Positions 13,356 to 27,070 of a DNA stretch of 64,000 bases are shown here, in pieces (within the stretch, counting starts at the first letter, position 1; every line of letters starts with the position of its first letter). Source of the DNA: Leucoraja erinacea (taxonomy: Eukaryota); assembly GCF_028641065.1 (NCBI RefSeq), contig NC_073405.1, positions 14,756,001-14,820,000 on the forward strand, in the 5' to 3' direction. Below the pieces are notes generated by a model, which worked only from the letters and a program-made list of their open reading frames with translations, made no database searches and had not been told where the DNA came from. The position numbers were made by a program, and so were the translations under genes.

Positions 13356-14365
13356 GTGGGTACAGTTGCTGTATCTTATAAGGTGTAAATGCCTGGAATA
13401 GAAGGAGAATATATCTAACTTTTAATGCTTATATAAATACATTTTGTAACTTCTTGAGATGAGCAGTTTAAAATGGGGAGGAACATTTATGTAATAGGGT
13501 ATCCTTATGAAGTTTAGCAAGTCAGGTAGCATCTCTGGAAAGGGAAATGGACTGAACATTTTGGGTCAAAGACCCTTCGGATCTGGGAAAGTTGCAGAAA
13601 GGATTGGGGATGGGGGAGGAGAATCTCTGTGTTAGAATGAGACTCGGGTTGCTGTGGGATAAGTCCTCTGGTCAAATGGGGCAGTTGGAGAGCAAATAAC
13701 AGCGTATAAGCCGCTTCAAATAGCAGCTCAGTGGAACATGCCGAACAGGTCAAGGTCTGCTAATATAGAGGAAAATAAGTTCTGATGTGCCAAGCAAAGG
13801 ATTTGCAGCAGGAATGGCCAGCTCTGTTAAGGATGGAGAAAGCAAGTTACCTGCAGCTGCATAATCTGATATTGAGTCTAAAAGGCTGGATGGAAAATGA
13901 GGTGCTATTCCTCAACGGTTGAGCTCAATTATAACCATGCAGGAGTTTGACTATACTACAGACTACAGAGTAGGAATAGTTCACTCGAAACCTGAAGTTT
14001 TTGCTGAGGTAATTGTAACCTCAAATCTTCTTTCCTTTCTACCTTTTGTAATTGTTTGCGTCCCTACTAATCAGCTATTTAACTACTCCTGCTTTAAGTA
14101 TTCAAAGGCTGTCTGTCTCAGAGGACCGTGAAATAGAGTTCCAAAGATTCATTCCCCTCAGAATAAATTGGTTCTTCTTAGACTTGATTGGAGTTAGTAC
14201 CATTTTCTTTGAAGAATGCTCCTTAACTATAGATTTTCACATGGTACACAAAGTCAAAGTCAGTTTTATTCGTCACATACACCCAAAGGTGCAGTGAAAT
14301 TAATTTGCCAGCACCGATGCAATTAAAAAGAGCACAAAATACACAATAAGATTTAACACAAAGAT

Positions 14366-14954
14366 ACTGGTTCGCTTAACTTCATTGATGATACAACTGC
14401 TGATGCTAGTGGCATAATTAATTCTGAAGTGCATAGACACATCCTATCTGCTCAAGTTCAAACAAATACCTCAAAACTCATTGGCCAGCGGTTCATTCTA
14501 CAACAAGACAATGATCCCAAACATACTGCTGAAGCAACATTGGAGTTTTTCAAAGCTAAAAAATGATCAAAAACAAGCATAAGCTAAAGGTTGCAATATA
14601 GGCCTGGCAGAGCATCACCAGAGTAGAGACCCAGGAACTCGTGATGTCCATGAATCGCAGACTTCAAACAGTCATTGAATGTAAAGGATATGCAACAAAA
14701 AACTACTTTCATTTACATGACATTGCTGTGTCCCAACCATTATGGTGCCCTGAAATGGGGGGACTGTGTATAAACACTGCTGTAATTTCTATTTATACAT
14801 GGTGAAACCAAAATGTATAAAAATGGCCTTTATTAAAATCTGACAATGTGCACTTTAACCACATGTGATGTTTCATGTTACAAATCTCAAATTGTGGAGT
14901 ACAGAGGCAAATAAATAAATGATGGGTCCGTCCCAAACATTATGGAGGGCACTG
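14366..14954 (+). mobile_element. Tc1/mariner transposase remnant with right terminus
   Basis: Encodes KLIGQRFILQQDNDPKHTA (Tc1 QDNDPKH motif); ends in ...TATGGAGGGCACTG. Confidence 0.85.
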
Positions 14955-15397
14955 AAGTTTAGTTTAGAGGTTAATTCCAAGAAAACATAGTAGATTGTAT
15001 TGGGACCAAAGATCCTCCATCCCATGCAGCAGAAGTTGAAGATATTGAATATGCAGACAGCCAAGATATCACTGTTAAGATAATGAAACTGTTTGATAAG
15101 GGCTACAAGATCATGGTATAAAACATCTTCCTGGATTCTTCTGGTCAGCTATCACCTAGGTTTTAAAATAAACCAAGGGATGCAGGTCACCAAGGGGTCA
15201 TTGTAAATTTAGAAAAATATGCAGTTATTAATAAAACTCACTAATTCAATTAATATTAAGACAAAATAAATGAATAACTGCTTTTAAGAAATGGAGGGGG
15301 CTAGTGCAATGCAGTGGAGTGGGACAAAAATATTTTCAAATCTAGCACGGAATTGATGAAGCAAGTGACTAACTTTTTTATTTTGCAAATCTCCAAG

Positions 15398-15575
15398 AAA
15401 CTCAAGTGCTACTTCCAGAGAACGAGATGTGCCGAATCGAGAAAGCCGATGGGAACGGGAAGGTAGTCAAATTCTGGAGAGGGAACGAGAGCGACTGCAA
15501 ATTGAGAGGATGCGACTTGAAAGAGAGAGGAACTGGAGAGAGACACTGGAGAGAGAGAGGTTGCTTGTTGAAGAG
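15398..15575 (+). CDS. SAFB: SAFB-like R/E-rich exon (ERERERLQIERMRLERER...)
   Basis: R/E coiled coil typical of SAFB/SLTM; GAG|GTAAAT donor; acceptor position less certain. Confidence 0.88.
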
Positions 15576-16159
15576 GTAAATAAACTACATTTCAGATTGG
15601 ATTGTCATAACATATTTATAAATAATAGCTAAGGTAACTGCATGTAAACTAACAAAATGTTATAAATTGAAGCAATGGCCTGAGATTAGAGTGAGAATAA
15701 ATACTTGGTTTCACTGAGTTGGAGCAACAAACAATCTGCAGGAGAAACTTGGGGGGTCGAACAGCATTGTCAGAAAGGAACGGTTGACATTTACGTCCTG
15801 ATGCTGTGTTTTGACCTAAAACGTTTACTATGCATAGGAAAGGCTAGAGCCAAATTTGGGCTAATGGGACTAGCTTAGATGTGGCATCTTAGATAACATG
15901 GCTGAGTTGGACCAAAGGGCCCGAGTCCATGATGTATGACTCTCTGACGCCCTCAGATGCAGCTCAGCCTGCTGAGTTCCTCCAGCAGATTGTTTGTTGC
16001 TGCAGATTTCAACATCTGTAGATTCTGTGTCTGTTCAATCAGATTGGAACAGTGCAAAATATTCCTCATTAAGAAATGATTGAGAAAGATTGGGATTAGA
16101 ATACTAAGGTGTCTGAATAACTTACCAAAATGATTGTTTGATGAATCTGATGGAGCAGA

Positions 16160-16475
16160 TTTAGTTTCTAGTTCAGAGATACAGCACGGAAACTGGCCCT
16201 TTGGGCCCACTGAGTCCGCGCCGACCAGCGATTCCCGCACACTTACACTATCCTACACACTGGGGACAATTTACAATTATGCCAAACCAATTAACCTACG
16301 ACGTACCCGTACGTCTTTGGAGTGTGGGAGAAAACCCGAGCACCCAGAATAAAAACTCACGCAAGCCTTGAGGAGAAAGTACAAGCACTGTACAGACAAG
16401 AACCTGTAGTCGGGATCGAACCTGGGTCTCTGGCGCTGTAAGGCCAGGTCTGTCGCTGCATCACCGTGCCGCTCC
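16160..16475 (-). mobile_element. tRNA-derived SINE (HE1/V-SINE-like)
   Basis: Reverse-complement copy with B-box ggttcgatcc and the V-like central domain. Confidence 0.8.
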
Positions 16476-16749
16476 AATGACCTTTAGAAGTATTAAAATA
16501 CAAGCACCTTTAACTGATGACGTTTAAAAAACTGACCATGTTGTGAGTAAGCATTTTAAAATTACTAATCTGCTAATATTTCTAAATGTTTTAAGACTCC
16601 ATTTAAATACTATGATTTGGACATGTACAAAAAGTTGAGCCAGAAACAAAAGTCAACTGATAATTATGTGATTGCATACTGTTGGCTTAAGCTGCTTGCA
16701 CATAAACTATACGTTGTTACAACGACACATGGCATGTTTTTCCATACAG

Positions 16750-16880
16750 GAGAGGAGACGAGAACTGGAGCTAATACATCAAGAGAAGGAAAAACTGTTC
16801 AGAGCGATGCATTATGAACAGTCTGCGAGAAGGCCTTTCGAAAGGCCCTCTGAACGGGCTTACGATAAGCCTTATGAAAG
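16750..16880 (+). CDS. SAFB: SAFB-like exon (ERRRELELIHQEKEKLFRAMHYEQSARRPFE...)
   Basis: Aligns to SAFB ERRREQERIHREREELRRQQELRYEQ..RRPYD; catacag acceptor and AG|GTAAAC donor. Confidence 0.9.
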
Positions 16881-18062
16881 GTAAACTATGTCATTTTGCT
16901 TCTAAATCTTTGCATAGTGTGATAACCACTACAAAGTATTTGTCCTCTAAGAATGTTTTGATGTTGCACCATACCAGCCAATCATATCCATAATAGTGTC
17001 AGCTGGGATATTAGACAAAGTACTAAAATTAGTTTAAGGAAGGTTGTTGGTTTGGATTCCTACTCTTCAAGATCAACCTGGTTTAAATCACAGTAGAATT
17101 AAGAAGCGGTATGAATATTGATTTCTGTAACTCCAAGTAACACTTGCATCTCCCCCCCCCCCCCCCCCCCCCCCCCTCTCTCCATCCCTCCCCCATTCTA
17201 CTAATGTTGAGTTTCATTGCCTGTATAACTTGTCATCAACTAGCCCACAGCCAACAATGGACCTTTTCCTTGATCATTGTTACTTTTTTGCATATCTTTA
17301 TTAATTTGTTCTATATCTCTCGTTCCCCTTTCCTCTGACTCTCAGACTGAAGAAGGGTCTCGACCTGAAATATCACATATTCCTTTTCACCAGAGATGCT
17401 GCCTGACCTGCTGAATTACTCCAGCTTTTTGTGTCCATGTCACTATCTCAAAGAATTGTTCAAGATCTCTGTGTTAACTTTGATGCCAAACTCCATTCAG
17501 TATTGGCCACATTTCCTGAGATGTTTACTGACTTCGGTTATCCTACCATTACTTCACTCTTTGGACTTGCAGAACCAAGGGACCACTTTGGGCAGAATAG
17601 CAATTAATTTCAGGGACCATGCAGGGGTTTAACATGGGAACAAGTACTCAAGATTTTTCGTGAACTATACCATAGTATATTTGCAGTTTATTGTGACTGG
17701 GTGTCCTTGTTTACGGACATGACAACAGGAAGATTCGATTCCCTTGGGGTGATCTTTTTCCACATCCCTGTTTAAATTTCACTTTTCAATTTTATTTGGG
17801 TTATCAGAAACCACAAGATTTGCCTACCCTAATTGAGAATATTTATGATTAATCTCCTTGCAGAAAGAACAAAGTTGCAGAAAGAACAAATTATTTGAAT
17901 TCATGAAACATTTCCAAAAGATTTAAAAAACATAGGGGCAATATTTGATGAATATCTGTCTATCTTTTCTGTTATTTGTGGAGGCTCCAACTTAAAACTT
18001 GACCCTCTTATGCCCTCTTATTTTTAATGTTTAATTTGAAGTGTATATTTTTGTGTTCTCAG

Positions 18063-18175
18063 CACTTGCAATCGAGATTGGAACAGTGATCGTAGTCGGA
18101 AAATGGATGGATATCCTGATCGTTCCGGGCAAGGGATAATGGATGACGGAATTATGTCAAGGGATCATTGGCAAG
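18063..18175 (+). CDS. SAFB: SAFB-like exon (NRDWNSDRSRKMDGYPDRSGQGIMDDGIMSRDHWQ)
   Basis: Aligns to SAFB RRDWGDH...WQGTADGGMMDRDHKRWQ; gttctcag acceptor and AAG|GTGAAA donor. Confidence 0.85.
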
Positions 18176-19039
18176 GTGAAATTCATTAATGGCATTGTGT
18201 TTCTGACTAACGTGAAGAAATAAATTATCTTTGTTTCTGATCGTTTCATTCCCCAAAGTCATTGTTTATGCATAACAGAAGCTAGTGACTCGTGCTGTAT
18301 GGAGTTTATCAGTAGCCGTTATCTGCCAGTGCATTCCGTGAAGTTTGCACACATAAGTTTGCCCGGTGACCACATTGGTTTCCCCTGGATACTGCCATTT
18401 CCTCTAATCTACCTATGAGGTGTAGGTGGGTTTATTGGCCATGGGCTGACACAGGGGTACAGCAATTATGTTTGTTTCCTCACAACTCCAGGGTCCTGCG
18501 TTTGATCCTGAAATTGATTCTTGTCTGAATGGATTTTGCATACTTTGTGGGTTTCCTCTGGGTGCTGTTTCCTTCCACATCTTAGATATATGGTAGGTCA
18601 ATTGACAACTATTGGTTACTTTTTAATAGTTAAACATGAGAACATGTCAGAAAAGTCATGGGAGAGTTGGTGAGAATTTTAAAGAGAATGACTTGTAGGA
18701 TTACAGTGAAATAGGTGGGACTGATGGTTTGATCGGCTGGAAGTCAACATGGATGAAATGGGCTGAATGGAATCTTCCTGTATTATAAGTCTTCAATGGC
18801 CAAGAGTAGCTGTGGCCTCTATCCAAATTTGTCACATTTTTTAAAGAACTAGGATGAACTGTTCTCATTCATCAATAAACTGGTTATGGGAAGGGAATAT
18901 CAAGAGGAACATTATGTTCAAATCATAACTTTACATCAGAACTGGTGAAAGTTGGAGAAGTAAGCCATGTCATGAAGTAAATAACTGGTGGAAGAGAATA
19001 CAAAGGAAAGCTTGTGATACTGATTTATTAGTGCCATGC

Positions 19040-20745
19040 ATCTGGAGATACAGTGGGGAAAAAAAACTTGTTTATGTGCTATCCAGTCAAATGATGTTAG
19101 AAAAGAGTACATTCAAGCCATACATAAGTACAACAGGTAGTACAAGGAGAAAAATACCAGAGTACAGAATTAAGGGTTACAGCAACAGAGAAAGTGCAGA
19201 TTTTACAAAATGCAAGGGTCACAATGAGGTAGGTTGAGAGATCGGGAAATGGGACTATGTACTTGGCTTTTGATAAGAGTGGGGAAGAAGCTTTTCCTGA
19301 ATCTGTTGGTATTTCACATTACCTCAGGAAAGCATCCAACATAATTAATTTGGTTGCGTTCGCGAGGTAGTGTGACGTGTAGATGGAGTCATTGAGGGAA
19401 GGGAGGCTGGTCTGTGTGGTTGACTGGGCTCCATCCACAACTCTGCAATATCTTGTGGACTTGGGCAGAATGGTTGCCAAACCAAGTTATGATGCAGGTA
19501 AGATTTTTTACAGTGCATTTATAAAAGTTGGTGAGGGTCATAGGAGACGTGCTGTATTTTCCTGGCACCCGAGTGCTAGATCAGCCACCTCCTCCTCGTA
19601 GGCCTTCTCATCGTTGTCTAAGATCAGGCCCACCACCACAGTGTCATCAGCAAATGTAATTATTGAGTTGGAGCTGAACCTAGCCACACAGTCATGTGTG
19701 TACAGGGAGTACAATAGGAGGCTGAGGACGCAACCCTGGGGCGATCCTGTGCTCAGGGTGAGGGACTTCGATGTATTCCCTCCCATCGTGACTACCTGGG
19801 CCTGGCGGTGAGAAAGTCCAGGACCCAGGCACACAGGGAGGTGTTGAGCCCCAATTCCAGTAGCTTCCCGGCCAGTGGGGACTATCGTGTTGAAGGCTGA
19901 ACTGAAGTCTATGAACAGCATCCTCACGTAGCCCCCCTTCTGGCTGTCAAGATGAGAGAGAGCGGTGTGCAAAACCTGGGAGACCGCATCGTCCGTGGAT
20001 CTGTTCGGACGGTATGCGAACTGCAATGGGTCCATGTTCCGAGGGAGAAAGGCGCAGATGTGATTCTTCACCAGCCTCTCAAAGCATTTCATGACTACCG
20101 AGGTAAGGGCCACCGGACGGTAGTCATTTAGACAGGCTGGGGAGGCATTTTTTGGTACCGGTACAATGGTGGATTTTGTGAAGCAGGCAGGGACCACGGA
20201 CTTGTCCAGGTAGAGGTTGAATATTGTAGTGAGCACTGGAGCTAGCTGCGTAGCACAGGACTTGAGTACTCGCCCTGAGATGCCATCGGGGCCTGCAGCT
20301 TTCCTCGTGTTCACCCGTGTCAGAGCCCTCCTCACGTCGTGCTCGGACAGCGAGAATGTGTGCACATTCCTCCCTTCAGCCTCGGTAGCCAGCCCGCTGG
20401 CGGTATTGTCGATAGTCGGCAGACCTGGGGTGGTGTTGCCCATCTCGAAACGAGCGTAAAGGGAGTTCAGGTCATCAGCTAGGGAGGTGCCGGCACTTAC
20501 GGATGAGGGTGGGGTGCTCCGGTAGTTGGTTACAGTCCGTAGCCCCTGCCACAAGCGTCTGGTGTCCTGCTGCTCCATCTGTGACTCCATCTTGTCCCTG
20601 TACCTCCTTTTTGAGTCCTTCACCGCCCTTCGCAGTCGGTAGGACTGCCTTGTAGACGTCCATGTTTCCTGATGCCAGGCCCGAGTTGTAGGCAGCGGTG
20701 CGAGCATTCAAGGCCACACGAAAGGACCCGTCTACCCAGGGTCAC
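19040..20745 (-). mobile_element. Rex1/Babar-like (L2-group) LINE fragment with frameshifted RT
   Basis: ORF 19538-20707 contains KAAGPDGI, NDYRPVALTS, DPLQFAYR, DFSSAFNTI, GSPQGCVLS and FADD. Confidence 0.92.
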
Positions 20746-22181
20746 CCAATATATCAGTCAGGAAAACTTCAATGTAGATGTTTCAGATGTCTTAACGTGG
20801 TGGGGAAGTCGGGGAGTAATGGAAAATGGGAAGAAAATCACCAGTTGGGATTAAGCTCCCTGCAGTTACCAGCAAGTTTCAGTTCAAAGGATTGATATTT
20901 TATATCTTAAGCAGCACTACTTGTTAGATCTTAATAGGGTTTTGAGGGCTGTGGGGAGATGGCTGGAGAATGGGGTTGAGTGGAAAAGATCAATCAGCCA
21001 TGCTAGAAGCGCTAGTAGACTTGATGGGATGGATGGCCTAATTTTGCTCCTTGAACTTATCTCTGTACTTAATATGGAAATAGATTTTCACTTGATCTGT
21101 ATTCAAAATCAATTTAAAATGAAGGATTTGTAAATTAATAACCAGAAGTATGTCTGTCCTGAGCTACTTATTTTGCAGGAACATGGATAGAAAAGGTTTA
21201 AAGGGATATAGGCTAAACACAGGCAAATAGAACTATCTTGGATAGACATCTTGGTCGGCATGTTCAAATTGGGCTGAAGGGCCTGCTTTTGTGTTGCATG
21301 GCTCGGCATTGACGCATCATGTAAAATGTTGAATTGCATTTGCTTATAATTGTAAATCTGTGCAGTTGGTGTAATCAAATGAGAATGCATCACAAAATTA
21401 AAAGATTTGTTTGGAATTGATCCCTCTTGGTGCTTTTCTCTTCATTTGATTGAATATTTGGGTCTCTTGATCTTTTTGCCAAATATAATTGTGGAATATA
21501 AGCCAGGATATACAGAAGTAATATACAGCAAAACGCTGGAAATTTGAAATTAAAAGTGAAAATTATGGAATTATCCTTCATGTTCCAAGGAAGATTTTTC
21601 TGTCAACCTCATCTTTACTTTAGCTCTCCTTGTTTGCACCTTGAAACACAATATTTTGGAAGGCCTTTGGGATATTAACAGTTTCCAGTTCATGACCGTA
21701 TCTATCTCATTTTCACTATTACATCCTCTCCCTATATATATCTTCATCCCTTACCAGGCGATCATGGATGCCCTTTCCTTTAACTTTAATGGTGGTTTAG
21801 ATCCATCACCATCCCCCAGACCATTCACACATTGAACCATTCCTTTTGACTCCATCGATTTTCTTCACATAAAATACATATCCGTGGGAATCTGTTGGTG
21901 CCCTAACTACACTTGTCTCAGTCCATGTTTTTTTTTTTTTTTTTTTAGCCCTATTCAGCTTCCCTGCCTCCACTTTCTCTGGCACATTGGTGCCACCCCC
22001 AGTTGTTGTCATGGACTGGAAAACTCTTAACGTGCCATACTTTCTCACAATGGTGAAATCTTTTTTCTTTTTTTTTTTCTTTAACCCACCTTCCATCCCC
22101 GCTTTATTTGTGATTCACTGGCTTTTAATGTTCCATGTTAATTAAATGTGAAGGTTATTCACTTACGCACTGCTGTTATAG

Positions 22182-22257
22182 GTGATGGACGGAGCATGTC
22201 TGGTCAGTCTGTGGCAAGTTACAGTATGGTTAGAGGAGGTGGAGGAGGACAGCGGAA
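22182..22257 (+). CDS. SAFB: SAFB-like Gly-rich exon (GDGRSMSGQSVASYSMVRGGGGGQR)
   Basis: Aligns to SAFB GGERSMSGHSGPGHMMNRGGMSG; ttatag acceptor; AA|GTAAGT donor (in-frame TAA at 22259 if unspliced). Confidence 0.85.
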
Positions 22258-23099
22258 GTAAGTAGCACAAAAAATCACGGCATTATTTCTGGAAATGTCA
22301 AGCACTGACTTTTATAATATGTTGTCCATTGTATTCATGGGTTCTTATTTGTTTAAATATCTATCCATGGACCTTTCAAAAATTGGTAGTATGTATAGAC
22401 ACAATTATATTTAACAAATGTTACATGTTGAAATTGTTTGATTCAATTTAACCTCTCCACCTGCTCATCTGACGTTAGTGTTCCAGCAGAAGGTTTTGTG
22501 TCTGATTCTTAATGGGATTGCATTTTATCTTGCAGTTTTATTTGACTGATATTTTTCTTTGTCATCATTTTATGGTAAATTATTTAACCTCTGGCTCCTC
22601 TCACATTACACTCAGATTTTCAATAAATTAAGTTCTAGTTTATTTTGATGTTAAATCTTTCCCTCTATCAGACAGAAATAATTATAAATCTCTAGTATTG
22701 GCAAGATTTCCAACTCAAACTGGGAAAAGCATACATTGACTTCCCATGCTCTACAGATCCCCAGTAATGAAAGACTTAATCTTGGTTTGCTTGCAAAGAT
22801 GAAATGGCATCTCTTGCTGCTGCTGCTGCTGCTGCTGATGTAGGCAACCCTGGAATATTTCTAATTGGTACATATGTCAGCATAGGTCATGCAAAACATT
22901 GGGAAAGGACTTCAGTCTCCAGGGTCAATTCACCATGACATTTTGCTGATTTTGCCTCCTTTTTGTTCTTGGCCTAATTGTCTGAGTTTTGCCCATTGAA
23001 GACATTCTCTATCTATTGTGTACCTCAGAGTTCTCTCAACTTTCCATGTGTATCCTGACTGTACTATCCTGCTCTGTCCCAATATTTGCCCCGGTACTC

Positions 23100-24860
23100 A
23101 AACTCTCCTCTCTTTGCATTGTTTTAGATAGGTCGATTCTTCATTGCTCTCTGCACATACAGATCCTGTTCACACCATGCTTCCTAATATTCTGCTACTG
23201 CTCTTGACTTCTCTACCAGAAAACACCAGGAGTGGTTTGATGAAAACGACCCTGAGATCCAGGACCTAATTATTCGCAAACGCAAGGCCTTCTTGGAATG
23301 GAAACTCGATCACACTTCAAATGAGAAAAAACAACTCTACAGACAACTGAAGGCTGAGGTCCAACAAAAAACTCGTGACCTAAAGAATAAATGGGTGGAA
23401 AGATCACAGTTAATTCAGCAACTAGTTGAAAATTGTGATGTGCATGGATTCTTTAGCTCATCAAGACCATCTGTGGCTCAAACACCCTATGGCCCTCCAC
23501 TCTAAGAGCTAATATAGATGCAGACTTATCAAGAACAAAAGATCAGTTAGCATCTGTTGGTAGGTTCGCCTCAAAGAACTCCTCAACCGCAACTCTGTTT
23601 TTGCCTCCATCCCACAGCACAATATTAATTTTAGACTCGCCATCTGCAGACCAACAAAAGGTTGAAAAGATCATTGTCAACTGACAAACAGCAAGACCTT
23701 GGGTCAGATGATTTTCCCTTCTGAAGTTCTCAAAGTTGGCAGTGGCACTTACCACAAATTTACAGCCTAATTTCCCACCTTTGTGAAGAGAAAGATATTC
23801 AGGGACCTGAGAAGCTGTAATTATGACCATCTTCAGGAAAAGAGACAGATGTTAGTGTGGACATTAAAGATGTCCTCCTGCTGTCTGCTGCAGGAAAGTC
23901 ATTGTCGAGGTGGAGGAAGAGCTCTCCAAAACGCATTGTGGATGCCATCCTGCAAGAGACAAAATAGATATGATAATTCAAGGAGCAGCAACAGCTACTG
24001 TGTATGGCCATCTTTGACTACACTAAAGCCTTTGACTGACAACCGAGAGGAACTTTGGAGAAAGCTTCTTAAATTTTGCTGCCTCAGAAATCTGACTATT
24101 ATATAACTGCTATGTTTGATGGAAGCCATGTTTCTAACAAGTCCACAATGGGTCCAGACTCGGTTCAAATTAGTGTCTGGCAATATGTGTGTCATCCTAT
24201 ACATTTCTCAATCTTTCTTCTTCACCTTGCCTGCAGCAAGTTTCCTTCTGAACTGGAGCAGTTGACTGAATGGGCAATTGTTCCATTTGCTTCACTTGGT
24301 CTCTCGAACCAAGGTTACTGCAATCTCTGTTAGAGTTGCAAAATACAGCCGACACTTATGTGCATACAGACTTGGAAGCTAAGCTCCAGATTATTGGCTC
24401 ATTCACTTGCAGCACAAAGAAATTGGCCTTACACAAAGCATCCTCAAAGCCAGCCCCTCAGCATTGCCCTCTGTCAATAAAGGCTAATAATATGCCCCTC
24501 AAGAACATGGATTGCATTCATGTCTTGGCTGCTACCACTTACTGAAGGTAGACATCAGTGAAAAGGTTCACCACTACCTGTGATGAGCAAACATATCCTT
24601 CAACTATTTGTGGAAAAGGGTATTTGTAGTTCAAAACTCAGCAAAAAAAAAAAAATGATCTACCAGCCAGCAATGATTTCTGCTCTCCTATATGGTTGAA
24701 AGACATCGACAAGTAAATTTCGAATATGGGTATCACGAACACCAGTTTTGCAAGATTTCATCATATCCGCTTGTAGACTAAATGAACCAACGTCAGTGCT
24801 CCTCTCCTAGCCCAGCATCCCCAGCAGAGGCTCCGATTACATCATCTAACTCCAATGGGC
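23100..24860 (+). mobile_element. Highly degenerate RTE-clade LINE
   Basis: WFDENDPEIQDLIIRKRKAFLEW...KAEVQQKTRDLKNKW and KAFD remnants, with many stops and frameshifts. Confidence 0.75.
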
Positions 24861-26799
24861 CAGCCACACTGGACAAGAAACCTAGTGGAAATAACAGACC
24901 TCACTACTCCAGCCATCCTCAGAACCCCATCAAATACTTCCTGCCTCGCTGATACCAATGTCCGTGGATCCCACATTGCCTTCATCAGCCATCTCAGAAC
25001 ACTTAGTCCCCTTGCAGGACTGCCCAAGGTGGTGATCCAGAATCTGTTTACACCAAGCGCCCCCATGCACTCTTTTACTGTTTCTAGATTCCAAACCCTC
25101 TCCCTAAATCAGTGGGATGGAAAGGTGCTGGGTTAATCCAAAAATATGTGATTGCAACTGATAGACAAAGTTCATCAATTTGGGACTAGACTTGTGTAAT
25201 TGTAAGAATGAATAGGGATCTATGATATAGGTGCAAGTAAATCATAAATCATACTACTTGTATCACATCACTCATTGTAGAAATCGTACATTGTATTGCT
25301 CAGTAGCGCCTGGCCTGTAGACTGAAAATAAACCAGATATTAGCCACAGATCTGAGTTTTGATTTAATTAAAAACTGGTCTGGTTCAATATATGCTGGCA
25401 GTTGTCTAGCATGTAAAATTCCTTACTACATGAATATAAAATTTGATTTTTAGAAAGAAATAATGAACAGAGTGAAAACAGGATGGTTTCAATTTTTGCA
25501 CTGTTCCTACTTGTGTACAGGCAGGCTGACATTATGTCTGCATTGAGAAAGTTTAAGGGTTGAGAAAATGTCAGCTGCATCCATTATTAGACAATTATTA
25601 GACAACTGGGAAGTCAAAACATAAGTCCTGACAAGATCTTTGATAATGTTAACATTTACCTGTAATGGAAATCGTATTGTCAGATGCACAGATAAAAGTA
25701 CTGAAGTTAGATGTAGGAAGCAAATTTCCTTACAAAGCTTAGAATCACAGCCAATGTATATATGGCAACTGAAAGGCATTTTGACTAATTCTGTTGGGCC
25801 TCAGTTTATCCAGCCATACAACAAGCCTTGATTGAGACAAGGGAGCTCAATGTAATTCTGTAATTACAGCCAGAGCACAAACCCACATGTAGACAGGTGA
25901 AAGGTTATCCTTCATATCATTCTTCGATAAGGAAACTGGGGTGATGTATTTTAATAAAGAAAATGTGAATTAAAAACTAGACTGAAAGGCTATAAAAACA
26001 TCACAAGTTCACTGACAGGGAAAATAGTCCTGCATCAAGCTTCAGATTGAGACAAACTCAACCATTGTGAGAGGTAATATAAATGAAAAGTGAAAACATG
26101 GCTAAGATGGCCTAAATAAGAGCAAAAGGATGAATATAAAATACATAGTTCCACACCACTTAAGATTGTTTATAAAGATTAGATGTTGGGACCATACATT
26201 TGCATGGACTGACTGAATGTGGCATAACCCAATAAATTAAATCTACATTTATTTTAAGTTTAGATAGAGGTGAGAAATAAACTGACTACTGTCAACCTGC
26301 AGCTAAATCAGGAAATGGAGTCCAAAACTGCGCAGGTTATACCCAAAGATGTTCTTGAAAAAACTTGGAATGGTGATGGGTTTCCCAAGGAAAGTGCTTG
26401 AAATAAAGCATGTTGTGTATGTTCAAAGACATGTGGGAGCCATAGTCCTTGAAGAATAATGGTTGTCCCAGTAAGATGGAATGGCAGCATTGAGATTAAA
26501 TTGTGCGCAAGATTCATAGATGTTGAAAAACCTCTGGCCCTTCAGGTCTGTCCTGCCATTCAATAATTTTACATCTGATCATTTATCTCTGTGCCACTTG
26601 TCAGTACTAACTACAATATCTTTGATTCTCATAACTTATTTTAAAAATGTCTCCACTTTAACCCATGTCTTGAATAGACTCAATGGCTGAATCTCGTTGG
26701 CAAGGCATTCTGGCTGAAGTGATCTGAGACTGTGACTCCCAGTTCTGTCACCCCAGCCAGGGAAGCATCAAATCTGTACCTACTTTGTCATGTCCCACA

Positions 26800-27070
26800 A
26801 ATTTGTACATTGCACATTTGATCCCGAAACCTGAATTGGAATTTAAATTCAAGTTACTAAAGAGGGATTTTCTTTTAAACAATCTAATACCAATAATTGT
26901 GAAAATTACTCAATTGAAGTGGGCTATAAAACCCATCCAGTTTACTAATGTAATGGAAGGAAATCTGGCCTTGGATTTTGGACCGTTACTGTGGTTGACT
27001 CTTACCTGTCTTTGTAGTTCAGGTGCTATGAGGAATCGAAAATGCCACTAACATCCGCTTCACGTGACTG
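26800..27070 (+). mobile_element. Old Deu/SacSINE-like SINE remnant
   Basis: aaaacccatc..actaatg..ggaaggaaatctg..tgtggttgactctta motif; related copy at about 54620-54800. Confidence 0.5.

Noticed and set aside
25660-25768. Minus-strand exon-like segment (tttcag...CAG|GTAAAT)
   Set aside because: No homology or partner exons; could be chance
27018-27066. Possible SAFB terminal exon (tttgtag acceptor; an alternative frame reads NIRFT*, like SAFB ARFTRRY)
   Set aside because: It lies in the 3' tail of an old SINE remnant and the RFT frame is not reachable in the required phase; 33950 is a better candidate
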